The notes: generated from the letters alone by a model not told the origin. Counted from the first letter of the whole stretch, positions 14,518 through 24,424 are shown. The stretch is DNA of 63,040 bases, filler included, from Candidatus Aminicenantales bacterium (GCA_049512315.1; 3 parts of 3 records of this genome joined end to end with filler, not necessarily neighbours in it); one strand, 5' to 3'. A program made the numbers and translations.

Positions 14518-14955
14518 ATGGCCATTAAACCGGCGAACAAGCCCGATCCGCTTCTCGAACTGGACACGGGGGCGATGAGCCTGGAACTCATCAATCTTGT
14601 CCTGACTCATCTCCCTGTCGATGTTTCCTTTGTCGACGAGGAGGACACGGTTCGGTATTATTCGGCGAAAAAGGACAGGGTCTTCCCCCGGTCGCCGGGC
14701 GTCATCGGCCGCAAGGTCCAGAACTGCCACCCGCCCAAGAGCATCGACGTCGTCAGCAGGATCCTCAAGGCCTTCAAGGCCGGGACGCGGGACACGGCCG
14801 AATTCTGGATCGAAACGGGCGGGAAGTTCGTCCACATCCGCTATTTTGCCGTCAGGGACGCCAAGGAGCGTTACCGGGGGTGTCTCGAAGTCAGCCAGGA
14901 CGTCACGCGCATCCGGGCGCTCGCGGGCCAGAAGCGCCTGCTGGATTGGGAATAG
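14518..14955 (+). CDS. PAS-domain protein (PAS_10/DUF438 C-terminal-like)
   Basis: LPVDVSFVD...IGRKVQNCHPPKS...GCLEVSQD. Confidence 0.85.
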   Translation: MAIKPANKPDPLLELDTGAMSLELINLVLTHLPVDVSFVDEEDTVRYYSAKKDRVFPRSPGVIGRKVQNCHPPKSIDVVSRILKAFKAGTRDTAEFWIETGGKFVHIRYFAVRDAKERYRGCLEVSQDVTRIRALAGQKRLLDWE

Positions 14956-14986
14956 AGACGTCACGAATATCCGAAGGAGGTCCGAC

Positions 14987-15157
14987 ATGGCCGTGAAAAA
15001 AGCCAAAGCCAGGAAGGGTGAGGCCTACGAATGCCACGTCTGCGGTTACCGCGTAGTCATCGACGAGACCTGCGGCTGCGCGGAAGAGCACGTCTTCATC
15101 TGCTGCGACAAGCCGATGAAGAAGGCCGCGGCCAAGAAGCCGGCCCGCAAGAAATAA
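14987..15157 (+). CDS. Small Cys-rich desulforedoxin-like metal-binding protein
   Basis: YECHVCG...CGC...ICCDKPMKK; strong AAGGAGG RBS. Confidence 0.75.
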   Translation: MAVKKAKARKGEAYECHVCGYRVVIDETCGCAEEHVFICCDKPMKKAAAKKPARKK

Positions 15158-15328
15158 ACCTTTCGGCCGGCCCGGCGATCGCTCCCTCCCGCTAATCTCT
15201 ACTGAATTTATAAGAATACTTGAGTTTGGGCAAAAAGACGTGTATCATGAGAGGGGACGGGAGACAAAGCCCTGGATTATCATCCGGGAAAGGCTTACTA
15301 TAAAAAGATGTCCCCCAAGGAGACCGGT

Positions 15329-15550
15329 ATGAAAGAGAAAGTCGAACAGGCTTTGAACAAGATCCGCCCCGCCCTTCAGGGCGACGGCGGAGACGTCGAG
15401 CTCGTCGAAGTCGGCGCGGACGGGGTCGTCCGGGTCCGGCTCAAGGGCGCCTGCGGCGGCTGCCCCATGTCCCAGATGACCCTCAAGATGGGGATCGAAC
15501 GGATCCTGAAGAAAGAGGTCCCCGAGGTCAAGAGCGTCGAGGCCGTCTGA
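15329..15550 (+). CDS. NifU C-terminal domain (Nfu-type) Fe-S carrier
   Basis: IRPALQGDGGDVELV...LKGACGGCPMSQMTLKMGIE. Confidence 0.93.
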   Translation: MKEKVEQALNKIRPALQGDGGDVELVEVGADGVVRVRLKGACGGCPMSQMTLKMGIERILKKEVPEVKSVEAV

Positions 15551-15589
15551 GCTTCCGGGCGAGGCCGGAACCGCCGGAACGGGATTCCC

Positions 15590-16783
15590 ATGAGGAAAGC
15601 GTATTTCGACCACATCGCAGCGACGCATCTCCATCCGGAGGCCCTCCGGGCCATGCTCCCTTACCTGGGTGATGTTTACGGCAACCCCCAGAGCCTCCAC
15701 TCCGCCGGACAGCAGGCCCTGGCGGCCGTCGACGCGGCGAGGAGCGAGGTGGCCGGCCTGATCGGGGCCGGGAGCGAGGAGGTCTACTTCACCGCGAGCG
15801 GCAGCGAAGCGAACAACCTCGCGGTCAAGGGCCTCGCCCAGGCCTACCAGGCCAAGGGAAAGCACATCGTCGTTTCGGCGATCGAGCACCTGTCCGTCCT
15901 CAACCCGGTTAAGAGCCTGGAGAAGCTCGGCTTTTCCTCGACGACCGTCCCGGTGGACGGGACGGGGCTCATCGACCCGGCCGAGGTCGAAAAGGCCATC
16001 AGGAAAGACACCATCCTCGTCTCGGTCATGACGGCCAACAGCGAGGTCGGCACGGTCGAGCCCGTGGCCGAGATCGCCCGGGTCTGCCGGGCGCGGAACG
16101 TCCTGTTCCACACGGACGCGGTAGCCGCCGCCGGGTCGATCTCCCTTAATGTCCGGGACCTGGACGTGGACGCCCTCAGCCTGGCCGGGGACCAGTTTTA
16201 CGGCCCCAAGGGCTCGGCCGCCTTATTCCTGAAAAAGGGGACGCGGATCGTGCCCCTCGTCGAGGGCGGCATCCAGGAGGGCGGCCGGCGGGCCGGCACG
16301 GAGAACGTGGCCGCGATCGTGGGCCTGGGAAAGGCCGCCGCGATCGCCCGCGCCGGGATGGAAGCCAAGGCGGCCCGGGCTATCCCCCTCCGTGACCTCC
16401 TCATCGAGGAGCTCGTCTGCCGGGTCGACCATGTCGTCCTCACCGGCCACCGGACCAGGCGGCTGCCCCACCATGCCAGCTTCTGCATCGAATTCGTCGA
16501 AGGCGAAGGCATGCTTCTCCTCCTCGACATGCAGGGCATTTCGGCCAGCAGCGGATCGGCCTGCACTTCCAAGGCTCTCAAGGTCTCTCACGTCCTCCTG
16601 GCGATGGGCCTGGACCATGCCCTGGCCCAGGGGTCGCTCGTTTTCAGCCTGATCGACGGCACGGGGCGCGAGGACGTCGAATACCTCCTCGACGGGTTCC
16701 CGCCCGTGATCGAGCGGCTGAGGAAAATGTCGCCCCTTTATACCCAGTATCTCAAGGAGAGAAACGATGCTCTACAGCGATAA
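15590..16783 (+). CDS. iscS: Cysteine desulfurase (IscS/NifS)
   Basis: YGNPQSLH, HTDAV, FYGPKG, SSGSACTS, RLRKMSPLY. The usual SxHK PLP motif reads AGDQF here. Confidence 0.9.
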   Translation: MRKAYFDHIAATHLHPEALRAMLPYLGDVYGNPQSLHSAGQQALAAVDAARSEVAGLIGAGSEEVYFTASGSEANNLAVKGLAQAYQAKGKHIVVSAIEHLSVLNPVKSLEKLGFSSTTVPVDGTGLIDPAEVEKAIRKDTILVSVMTANSEVGTVEPVAEIARVCRARNVLFHTDAVAAAGSISLNVRDLDVDALSLAGDQFYGPKGSAALFLKKGTRIVPLVEGGIQEGGRRAGTENVAAIVGLGKAAAIARAGMEAKAARAIPLRDLLIEELVCRVDHVVLTGHRTRRLPHHASFCIEFVEGEGMLLLLDMQGISASSGSACTSKALKVSHVLLAMGLDHALAQGSLVFSLIDGTGREDVEYLLDGFPPVIERLRKMSPLYTQYLKERNDALQR

Positions 16784-17345
16784 AGTCATGAACCATTTCC
16801 TGAACCCGCGCAACGTCGGGGTCCTTGCCGACGCCGACGGCGTCGGCCAGGTCGGGAACCCCGTCTGCGGCGACATGATGACCTTCTACATCAAGGTTAA
16901 GGGCGACCGCCTGGAGGACGTCAAGTTCCAGACGTTCGGCTGCGGGGCGGCCATCGCCGTCTCCAGCATGGTCAGCGAGATGGCCAAGGGCAAGACCCTG
17001 GACGAGGCCATGAAGATCACGAACAGTCTCGTCGCCGAGGAGCTCGGCGGGCTGCCCAAGAACAAACTCCACTGCTCGAACCTGGGCGCCGACGCCCTCC
17101 ACGCGGCCATCGAGAACTTCAAGGCTCGGCAGAAGTCCGCGGAGAAGGGCGCGTCCATGGTTGTGGATTCCCACGAGCACGACGAGGGCTGCGCCTGCCC
17201 CTATTGCGAAGGGACCCTCGAAGAGGGGGAGAAGGAATTCTGTAAGGCCTGCCAGATCGAGCTTGAGGAATGCCCGTCCTGCGGGGGCATCACGAAAAAG
17301 GGCGCCGAGGCCTGCATCCACTGCGGGAAACCGCTGGCGGGCTGA
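16767..17345 (+). CDS. iscU: Fe-S scaffold IscU/NifU N-domain with C-terminal double zinc-ribbon extension
   Basis: GNPVCGD, FQTFGCGAAIA, LPKNKLHCSNL, plus four CxxC pairs at the C-terminus. Confidence 0.92.
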   Translation: MLYSDKVMNHFLNPRNVGVLADADGVGQVGNPVCGDMMTFYIKVKGDRLEDVKFQTFGCGAAIAVSSMVSEMAKGKTLDEAMKITNSLVAEELGGLPKNKLHCSNLGADALHAAIENFKARQKSAEKGASMVVDSHEHDEGCACPYCEGTLEEGEKEFCKACQIELEECPSCGGITKKGAEACIHCGKPLAG

Positions 17346-17381
17346 AGGCCGCATCCGCGGGGCGGACGGAGGGGAGGGGAC

Positions 17382-18290
17382 GTGGATCACGCTGAAATTC
17401 TTGGGCGCATCGACGGGCTGAAGAAGCGGACGAACGCCGTCATCCTGGCCCACAACTACCAGCTCCCGGAGGTCCAGGACGCGGCCGACTTCACCGGCGA
17501 TTCCCTGGAGCTCAGCCGCAAGGCCGCCACCCTCGACGCGGCGGTCATCGTCTTCTGCGGGGTCCATTTCATGGCCGAGACTGCGGCCGTCCTTTCGCCC
17601 GGAAAAAAGGTCCTGCTCCCGGAGCCCGGGGCCGGCTGCCCGATGGCGAACATGATCACCGGCCGGGAGCTTCGGATGTGGAAGGAGAAGTACCCCGGAC
17701 GCAAGGTCGTCTGCTACGTCAATACGAGCGCCGAGGTCAAGGCGGAGAGCGATATCTGCTGTACCTCGTCCAACGCGATCGCCGTAGTTAACTGGCTGGG
17801 CGAGGACGAAATCCTGTTCGTCCCGGACAAGAACCTCGCTGCCTACGTTGCCCGCGAGACAGGCAAGCGGATCATCGGCTGGGACGGATATTGTTATGTC
17901 CATCACAGGTTCCGGCCCGGGGACATCAGCTCGGCGAAGGCCCGCCATCCCGGGGCGGAGGTCTGGGTCCACCCGGAATGTCCCCTCGACGTCATCGACC
18001 TCGCCGACAAAGTCCTGTCGACGGGAAAGATGGTCATCGAGGCCCGGGCCACGAAGGCCCGGGAGGTCATCATCGGCACTGAGAAGGGGATTATTTACCG
18101 GCTGGGAAAGGAGAACCCTGCCGTCCGGTTCTACCCGGCCCGGGATTCGGCGCTCTGCGTCAACATGAAAATGACGACCCTCGAGAAAGTCCTGGATGCT
18201 CTCGAGGGAAAAGTTCCTCCCGTCACGGTCCCGCCGGCGATCGCCGACAGGGCCCGGGGGGCCATCCAAGCCATGATCCGCATTTCTTAA
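17382..18290 (+). CDS. nadA: Quinolinate synthase
   Basis: ILAHNYQ, GDSLEL, FCGVHFMAETA, AGCPMA, YVNTSAEVKA, VHPEC. Confidence 0.97.
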   Translation: MDHAEILGRIDGLKKRTNAVILAHNYQLPEVQDAADFTGDSLELSRKAATLDAAVIVFCGVHFMAETAAVLSPGKKVLLPEPGAGCPMANMITGRELRMWKEKYPGRKVVCYVNTSAEVKAESDICCTSSNAIAVVNWLGEDEILFVPDKNLAAYVARETGKRIIGWDGYCYVHHRFRPGDISSAKARHPGAEVWVHPECPLDVIDLADKVLSTGKMVIEARATKAREVIIGTEKGIIYRLGKENPAVRFYPARDSALCVNMKMTTLEKVLDALEGKVPPVTVPPAIADRARGAIQAMIRIS

Positions 18291-18302
18291 AGGAGACAGA
18301 CT

Positions 18303-18806
18303 GTGAAGAAGATGACCGAAGAAAACGTCAAGGCCGCCCTCGCGGGCGAGAGCCAGGCCCATATCAAGTACCTGGCCTTCGCCGAGAAGGCCGCGGCCGA
18401 GAACCTGGCCAACGTGGCCCGGATCTTCAAGGCCAACGCCTACGCCGAGCAGGTCCATGCTACGAACTACCTCAAGACCCTCTCCGGGGTTGGCAGCACC
18501 AAAGAGAACCTCGCCGTCGCCGCCGGCGGGGAAAACTTCGAGGCCGAGGAAATGTACCCTGCATACATCGCCGTGGCCCAGAGCCAGGGGGAGAAGATAG
18601 CCGAGACATGGCTCAACGCGGCCCTGCAGGCCGAGATCGTCCACCGCGGGGTCTATCAGGCGGCGAGCAAAGCCGTCGCGTCCGGCAAGGACGCCGCGTC
18701 GAAGCCCATCCACGTGTGCTCGATGTGCGGCTTCACCATGGAAGGCGACGCTCCGGACAAGTGCCCGGTCTGCGGGGCGCCCCGGGATAAGTTCGTCACG
18801 TTCTGA
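18303..18806 (+). CDS. rbr: Rubrerythrin
   Basis: AGESQA, EQVHA, GENFE, AEIVH; C-terminal CSMCG...CPVCG. Confidence 0.93.
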   Translation: MKKMTEENVKAALAGESQAHIKYLAFAEKAAAENLANVARIFKANAYAEQVHATNYLKTLSGVGSTKENLAVAAGGENFEAEEMYPAYIAVAQSQGEKIAETWLNAALQAEIVHRGVYQAASKAVASGKDAASKPIHVCSMCGFTMEGDAPDKCPVCGAPRDKFVTF

Positions 18807-18815
18807 GGTCATGCC

Positions 18816-19325
18816 ATGGCCATCGACCGGAAATTAAGGCCTTGGGAGATCCTCAGCATCGGCATCCGCTCCGAAGTCGATGCCGTCTCGTTCTACACGC
18901 GGCTCCAGGGCCGGGTCAAGAACGTCATCCTCCTCCAGAAGCTCAAGTTCCTGGCCCTCGAAGAGGAGCACCACAGGAAAATCCTCGAGAGACTCTTCGG
19001 CCAGCGCTTCCCGGAGAAGACCGTGGGAGAGCCGGAGTCGTCCCTGATGCCGCCGATCGCGGCCTCGGTCGGCGAGCAGGCCTCGGTGCTGGACCTTTTC
19101 CTGGCCGCTCTCAAGGCCGAGGAGACAGCCGAGAGCTTTTATCAGGAGGCCAGCGGGCTGACGGAGGAAGAGGGGAGCCGGAAAATGCTGGCCTACCTCA
19201 GCCGGGTCGAGAGGAGCCACCAGGCCATGATCCGGTCCGAGATCGACCTCCTCGAAAAGTTTCCCGACTACTACAGCGTCGAGGACTTCCACATCGGCGA
19301 AGACCTCTTCCACATCGGCCCCTGA
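18816..19325 (+). CDS. Ferritin-like/rubrerythrin family protein
   Basis: EEEHH and VERSH di-iron-type motifs. Confidence 0.85.
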   Translation: MAIDRKLRPWEILSIGIRSEVDAVSFYTRLQGRVKNVILLQKLKFLALEEEHHRKILERLFGQRFPEKTVGEPESSLMPPIAASVGEQASVLDLFLAALKAEETAESFYQEASGLTEEEGSRKMLAYLSRVERSHQAMIRSEIDLLEKFPDYYSVEDFHIGEDLFHIGP

Positions 19326-19402
19326 GCCGGGCCCAGGCAACCCCGGGCGACCGCGGCCCCGGCGACCTGTCCCGGGGAGGGGAGGAAGCCGGGGAAGGAG
19401 AG

Positions 19403-20521
19403 ATGATGAAATACAGTTGGCGCATTGGACGGATTTTCGGGATCGACCTCAGGATCGATTCCAGCTGGATCGTCATTTTTGTCCTTTTCAGCTGGATGCT
19501 GGCAGGAAGCTATTTTCCGAGTTCGCACCCCCACTGGTCATTCGCCCTGAAGTGGGCCATGGGATTTCTCACTAGCCTCTTCGTCTTCGCTTCCGTACTC
19601 ATCCATGAGCTGACGCACTCTCTCGTGGCCATCAAACAGGGGGAAGAGGTCAAGAGCATCACCCTCTTCATCCTGGGCGGCGTGGCCCAGATCAGCGAAG
19701 AACCCAACGAACCGCTGAAGGAGTTCTCGATGGCCATCGTCGGGCCTCTGTCCAGCTTCGTCCTTGGCGTCCTCTTTTTGCTCTTCTCCCTCCTCCTGCC
19801 GGCCGGTGCCGAACCGTTCCGGGCCTCCGCCTCGTACTTGGCGATCGTCAATTTCACCCTCGGCGCCTTCAACCTTCTACCGGGCTTCCCCATGGACGGG
19901 GGGCGGGTTTTCCGTTCCATCATCTGGAAAGTCACGGGAGACCTCAAGAAGGCGACGCGGATCGCCTCCCTGGCCGGCGACGGGATCGCCTACCTCATGA
20001 TCTTCGTCGGCATTCTCCAATTCCTGCGTGGCAACTTCGGCGGGTTGTGGTTCGTGCTCATCGGCTGGTTCCTCCACAGCGCGGCGACGCGCGGCTACAG
20101 CCAGGTCATGATCAAATCGGCCCTGGAGGGGCTGAAGGCCCGGGACCTGATGAGCACCGACTTCGAAACCGTTCCGGCCGGACTGCCCGTCCAGTCCCTC
20201 GTCGATGACTATATCCTGAAAAAAAAGGAGCGCGTCTTCCTGGTGACCGTGGGCCAGGACCTGAAAGGGATCGTCTGCCTGGAGGACGTTAAGGCCCTGG
20301 CCCGCGGGGAATGGCCACGGTCTCCCGTGTCGGACATCATGACGCCCAAGGACAAGCTCGAGTCCGTTCCCCTCGACGCCGACGGCAACCAGATCCTGGC
20401 GACGCTCGCGTCCAAGGATATCCACGAGGTCCCCGTGATGGACGGCGACAAGGTCGTGGGGGTCATTTGTCGGAGCGACATCCTCAGGGTCCTTCAGGTC
20501 CGGTCCGATCTCGGCATCTGA
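19403..20521 (+). CDS. Site-2 protease (M50) with tandem CBS domains
   Basis: HELTH, NLLPGFPMDGG, two C-terminal CBS repeats. Start trimmed to MMKYSW. Confidence 0.95.
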   Translation: MMKYSWRIGRIFGIDLRIDSSWIVIFVLFSWMLAGSYFPSSHPHWSFALKWAMGFLTSLFVFASVLIHELTHSLVAIKQGEEVKSITLFILGGVAQISEEPNEPLKEFSMAIVGPLSSFVLGVLFLLFSLLLPAGAEPFRASASYLAIVNFTLGAFNLLPGFPMDGGRVFRSIIWKVTGDLKKATRIASLAGDGIAYLMIFVGILQFLRGNFGGLWFVLIGWFLHSAATRGYSQVMIKSALEGLKARDLMSTDFETVPAGLPVQSLVDDYILKKKERVFLVTVGQDLKGIVCLEDVKALARGEWPRSPVSDIMTPKDKLESVPLDADGNQILATLASKDIHEVPVMDGDKVVGVICRSDILRVLQVRSDLGI

Positions 20522-20539
20522 GAAGGGAGGGGCGACCGC

Positions 20540-21199
20540 ATGGACAAGGAAACGGCGTGCGTCCGGGAGATCATCCGGCTCCTCCGGAAACACTATCCGG
20601 AGAGCCGGACGGCCCTCGAATTCCGGAGCCCGTTCGAGATCCTGGTGGCGACCATCCTGGCTGCGCAGTGCACGGACGAGCGGGTCAACAAGGTCACGCC
20701 GGGCCTTTTCCGGAAATACCCGACGCCGGCCCATTTCGCCCGGGCCGACCGGGCCGAGCTCGAACAGGAGATCCGGTCCACCGGGTTTTTCCGGAACAAA
20801 GCGAAGAGCCTCATCGGGGCTTCGCAGAAGATCCTTGAAGAATTCGGCGGGACGGTGCCCGACTCGATGGAGAAGCTTATCACCCTGCCGGGAGTAGCCC
20901 GGAAGACGGCCAATATCGTCCTCTCGGCGGGATACGGCAAGGCCGAGGGGATCGCCGTCGACACCCATGCCCGCCGCCTGTCCCAGAGGCTGGGGCTAAG
21001 CCGGGAAAGCGAACCGGACAAAATCGAGCGCGACCTCCTGGCCATCATCCCCAGGAAGGACTGGCTGGACTTCAACTCCCTGCTCGTCGACCACGGCCGA
21101 GCCCTCTGCCGGGCCCGGAAGCCGAAGTGCCCGGAATGCTTCCTCCGGCGCCTGTGTCCGTCGGCGGCCGGATTTTTCCCAGACCTGAAGAAGTCATGA
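20540..21199 (+). CDS. nth: Endonuclease III
   Basis: HhH LPGVARKTAN, AVDTH, and C-x6-C-x2-C-x5-C Fe-S motif. Confidence 0.97.
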   Translation: MDKETACVREIIRLLRKHYPESRTALEFRSPFEILVATILAAQCTDERVNKVTPGLFRKYPTPAHFARADRAELEQEIRSTGFFRNKAKSLIGASQKILEEFGGTVPDSMEKLITLPGVARKTANIVLSAGYGKAEGIAVDTHARRLSQRLGLSRESEPDKIERDLLAIIPRKDWLDFNSLLVDHGRALCRARKPKCPECFLRRLCPSAAGFFPDLKKS

Positions 21200-22209
21200 T
21201 CAAGGATGCCATGCTCTGGTCGCCGCTCGAGGGCGGGAAGGTCGCCTGCGCCCTGTGCAGCCACCGTTGCGTCATCGCCCCTTCGAAGGCCGGGATCTGC
21301 GCCGTCCGCGAGAACCGCGAAGGGAAGCTCGTGACACTCGTCTACGGCGAAGTCATCGCCGCCCACGTCGACCCCATCGAGAAGAAGCCGCTCTATCATT
21401 TCTATCCCGGGTCGAAAGCGCTCTCCATCGCGACGGCCGGCTGCAACTTCCGGTGCGCGTTCTGCCAGAACTGGGAGATCTCCCAAGCCCCCCGGAGAAT
21501 GGACGGAGGCATCGGAGGGCAAACGCTGTCGCCCCAGGAGATCGTTCGCGAGGCCCTGGCCCAGGATTGCCGGAGCATTTCTTACACGTACACGGAGCCC
21601 ACGATCTTTTTTGAATACGCTTACGATACGGCGAGGCTGGCGAAGGAGGCCGGGCTGGCCAATAATTTCGTGACCAACGGCTACATGACGGAAGAGGCGC
21701 TGACAACTATTCGACCCTACCTTGACGCCGCCAATGTGGACCTCAAGGCGTTCCAGGACGAAACGTACAAGAAGGTCTGCGGGTCCAGGCTCGAACCCGT
21801 CCTCGACTCGATCCGCCGGATGAAGAAGCTGGGCATCTGGGTCGAGGTCACGACCCTGGTCGTTCCCGGGCTGAACGACGGGGCCGAGGAGCTCACGGGG
21901 ATCGCCCGGTTCATCGCCGGCGTCGACCCCGATATCCCCTGGCACATCAGCCGCTTCCACCCGGACTTCGAATATACCGACACGCCTCCGACGCCGGCCA
22001 AAACCTTGCGCCTGGCCGCTGAGACCGGGAAGAGAGAAGGCCTGCGTTACATTTATATCGGGAACATGTCCGGCGAGTCCGAAGACACGCACTGCCCGAC
22101 CTGCGGGCGCGTCCTCATCAGGCGCCAGGGGTTCTTCGTCGCCGAAAACCGGATGACGGGGACGACGTGCCCCTTCTGCGCCGGCCCGATCGCAGGCGTT
22201 TTCGGCTGA
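21196..22209 (+). CDS. amrS: AmmeMemoRadiSam system radical SAM enzyme
   Basis: CALCSHRC, DPIEKKPLYHFYPG, GCNFRCAFCQNWEISQ, YTYTEP; ATGA overlap with nth. Confidence 0.93.
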   Translation: MIKDAMLWSPLEGGKVACALCSHRCVIAPSKAGICAVRENREGKLVTLVYGEVIAAHVDPIEKKPLYHFYPGSKALSIATAGCNFRCAFCQNWEISQAPRRMDGGIGGQTLSPQEIVREALAQDCRSISYTYTEPTIFFEYAYDTARLAKEAGLANNFVTNGYMTEEALTTIRPYLDAANVDLKAFQDETYKKVCGSRLEPVLDSIRRMKKLGIWVEVTTLVVPGLNDGAEELTGIARFIAGVDPDIPWHISRFHPDFEYTDTPPTPAKTLRLAAETGKREGLRYIYIGNMSGESEDTHCPTCGRVLIRRQGFFVAENRMTGTTCPFCAGPIAGVFG

Positions 22210-22314
22210 GTCGCGTCGGAATCCTGGGCGTCCCGTACTTTTCACCAACCTGAAAATGGAATAAACTGATCGTGAAGATCGGTGGGCGCTCATCATAGGA
22301 GCGGGATCGCCGAG

Positions 22315-22737
22315 ATGAAGAAATACGAGATACTCCCCCACACCGCCGACGGCAAGTTCCGGGCTTATGGACGGACGCTCGAGGAGGCCTTCGTGAACGC
22401 GGCCTTGGCCACCGCTTCGCTCATGTGGGACTGGGCCCGGGTCGAGCCGAAGCTCACCCGGGCTTTCCGTGTCAGGGGGCGGGACAGGGAGCAGCTTCTC
22501 GTCAAGTTCCTCGGCGAGATCATCTATCTCCTTGACACCGAGCGGTTCCTGCTCGGTTCCGTGGCGGGCCTCGTCATCCGGACCGACGGGAAAGACTGGC
22601 TCCTGGAAGCCGAATTTAGAGGAGATACCCTCTCCGACCGCTACGAGATCTACGGCGACGTCAAGGCCGTGACGTATAACGAAATGAAGATCGAGGAATG
22701 CGACGGCTTCACCCTTCAGGTCGTCGTGGACATGTGA
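22315..22737 (+). CDS. Archease
   Basis: YEILPHTAD...LEEAFVNAALA...VKAVTY...VVDM. Confidence 0.93.
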   Translation: MKKYEILPHTADGKFRAYGRTLEEAFVNAALATASLMWDWARVEPKLTRAFRVRGRDREQLLVKFLGEIIYLLDTERFLLGSVAGLVIRTDGKDWLLEAEFRGDTLSDRYEIYGDVKAVTYNEMKIEECDGFTLQVVVDM

Positions 22738-22784
22738 GGCGCTCACGATTCCCCAAGAAACAGGGGAAATCAGGCAGAATCCAC

Positions 22785-22820
22785 TAAGCCCATTTAAGCC
22801 GGTTTAAGCCCTTTTTAGCC
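22785..22820 (+). repeat. Four 10-bp-periodic TAAGCC/TTAGCC direct repeats
   Basis: ctaagcc cattTAAGCC ggttTAAGCC ctttTTAGCC read directly from the sequence. Confidence 0.7.
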
Positions 22821-22895
22821 CCCAACACGTCAAGAAAGCCGACACTCGACTTTCAGGAGGCAGGGTTGATATGATGCCTTCGAGGGAGGAACGAT

Positions 22896-23138
22896 ATGAT
22901 AAAACCGAGGTCAAACTCATCCGACCGACTGGAATTTGAATGCGATACGTGTAGGGCTGTTATTCGAAACTTTACCACGCTGGTTAATTTTTCTGCGGGT
23001 TCTGTGGACGCCCATCCATATGATGTCAGGTACTGGGGCTCGATAGGCCTCGAAGTTCAATGCCCTAAATGTCACAAGAGAAAGCAATTTCAAATTGACC
23101 GGCCCGCATTTTTGAAAAAAAATGGTGCGTCGAGCTGA
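22896..23138 (+). CDS. Small Zn-ribbon hypothetical protein
   Basis: GAGGGAGGA RBS; CDTC...CPKC. Confidence 0.65.
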   Translation: MIKPRSNSSDRLEFECDTCRAVIRNFTTLVNFSAGSVDAHPYDVRYWGSIGLEVQCPKCHKRKQFQIDRPAFLKKNGASS

Positions 23139-23235
23139 GCGTTTAACCTGTCGTAATTCCCGGGGGGGCGTAGGATCGCGCAGGACAGTCGATTTCCGGC
23201 CGGCTCGACGATACGCTCGGCCCCCAGGCGGAGCT

Positions 23236-23259
23236 GGTCCCGGTCCAGGGACCGGGACC
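23236..23259. terminator. Perfect GC-rich hairpin between convergent ORFs
   Basis: GGTCCCGGTCC-AG-GGACCGGGACC; no U-tract, so terminator function is inferred from position only. Confidence 0.45.
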
Positions 23260-23287
23260 GTGTGCCTTAGATTCCGACGTTAGCCGT

Positions 23288-23479
23288 TCATGCAAAGCCG
23301 AGAGCCATTACAAGCTTTTTAAACTCGCCTGCCTCGATTTCGCCCTCTAAAATGGAGATCTTCAATCCGCTATCGAAATGGAAATTAACAGACTTGGCGA
23401 AGATCGTAGCGTAGGCGAGTCGATCCAGGTTGAGGCTTATGCGCTCCCCACTGGTCTTTGCGATTTTCAGAAATTCCAT
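23288..23479 (-). CDS. Hypothetical protein
   Basis: Strong AGGAGGTG RBS; 63 aa. Confidence 0.6.
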   Translation of the reverse strand: MEFLKIAKTSGERISLNLDRLAYATIFAKSVNFHFDSGLKISILEGEIEAGEFKKLVMALGFA

Positions 23480-23483
23480 TTAG

Positions 23484-23687
23484 TCACCTCCTAATTTCCT
23501 TCTCTGCCTTATATGGGATCTCTTTTGTATTGTCCCCCAGGCCTATTAAAGTTTTAAACCAAACGACAACAAGGCCGAATATAAATAACCAGGTCGCGAG
23601 CGCAATCTTCTTATAGCCAACCGCATAAGCTGTGCCGGCAGCCTTACTTTCTTCATAGATCCGCTCATACTTCTTGAACATTATCAC
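23484..23687 (-). CDS. Hypothetical small membrane protein
   Basis: One TM helix; ends 4 nt before the next ORF. Confidence 0.5.
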   Translation of the reverse strand: MIMFKKYERIYEESKAAGTAYAVGYKKIALATWLFIFGLVVVWFKTLIGLGDNTKEIPYKAEKEIRR

Positions 23688-24083
23688 GCCTTCCGCTTGC
23701 TAACCTGATTCTACTGCGGCCCCGCCGGCGATGCAATGGGCCTGGCCGTGAAGATTTTCTTTTGAATTTCGGCCCTTTGTGGTAGGATCAAACCGGCTTT
23801 CGTGAGCGGGCCGGCGGGAGCTCCCACCATTTTGGTTCCCATCTTCAACCCCCATTTTCGGCCCGCACTTTCTGCGGGGCGGCCCACCCCCGGACTCGCT
23901 GTGCAGGGGCCAACCCTGGAGGAGAAGTCTTGTTGTCGATAATCGTGACGAGGTGGATCCGGTCGCTCATTGTCGCGCAGGACGCGAGATCCCGGGCTGG
24001 TCTTGGCCGGGTGGTGGGCCGGGCTTAGACACGAGGTTGCAAAAATATTGCCGAAGCAGTAAGGTCATAAAGGGAGGTGTCCC

Positions 24084-24272
24084 ATGCTTGTTGACATCGG
24101 TTTAATGGTTGGTTCCTACATTTTTACGCGGATGCTTCACATCTCTTTTAAGCGCGAATCAAACGCCTATGGAATCGTCCATGCATCTGCCATCATCACT
24201 ATCCTAGTCACTCTTTATTGCTGTTTCGATTTGGTCATGCACGCCAGCCAGATAAACGGCTTGCTGAAGTGA
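24084..24272 (+). CDS. Hypothetical small membrane protein (2 TM)
   Basis: GGGAGGTG RBS; two hydrophobic segments. Confidence 0.65.
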   Translation: MLVDIGLMVGSYIFTRMLHISFKRESNAYGIVHASAIITILVTLYCCFDLVMHASQINGLLK

Positions 24273-24424
24273 CGCCGCTCCGCCTGCTCTTTATCCGAAA
24301 TCGGAGGACGAGAAAAGTCGAAACCGTGCGGCTTGAGAGTTCTGGGAAGGATCCCCTTCCGTCTTGGTCGTCCCCGCCGCGACCCGATGAGGTTAAGGAT
24401 GGCCCAGGCTGCCCGTCGTGGTGA
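24269..24424 (+). CDS. Hypothetical protein (51 aa)
   Basis: GTGA overlap with the upstream stop; otherwise weak. Confidence 0.35.
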   Translation: MTPLRLLFIRNRRTRKVETVRLESSGKDPLPSWSSPPRPDEVKDGPGCPSW

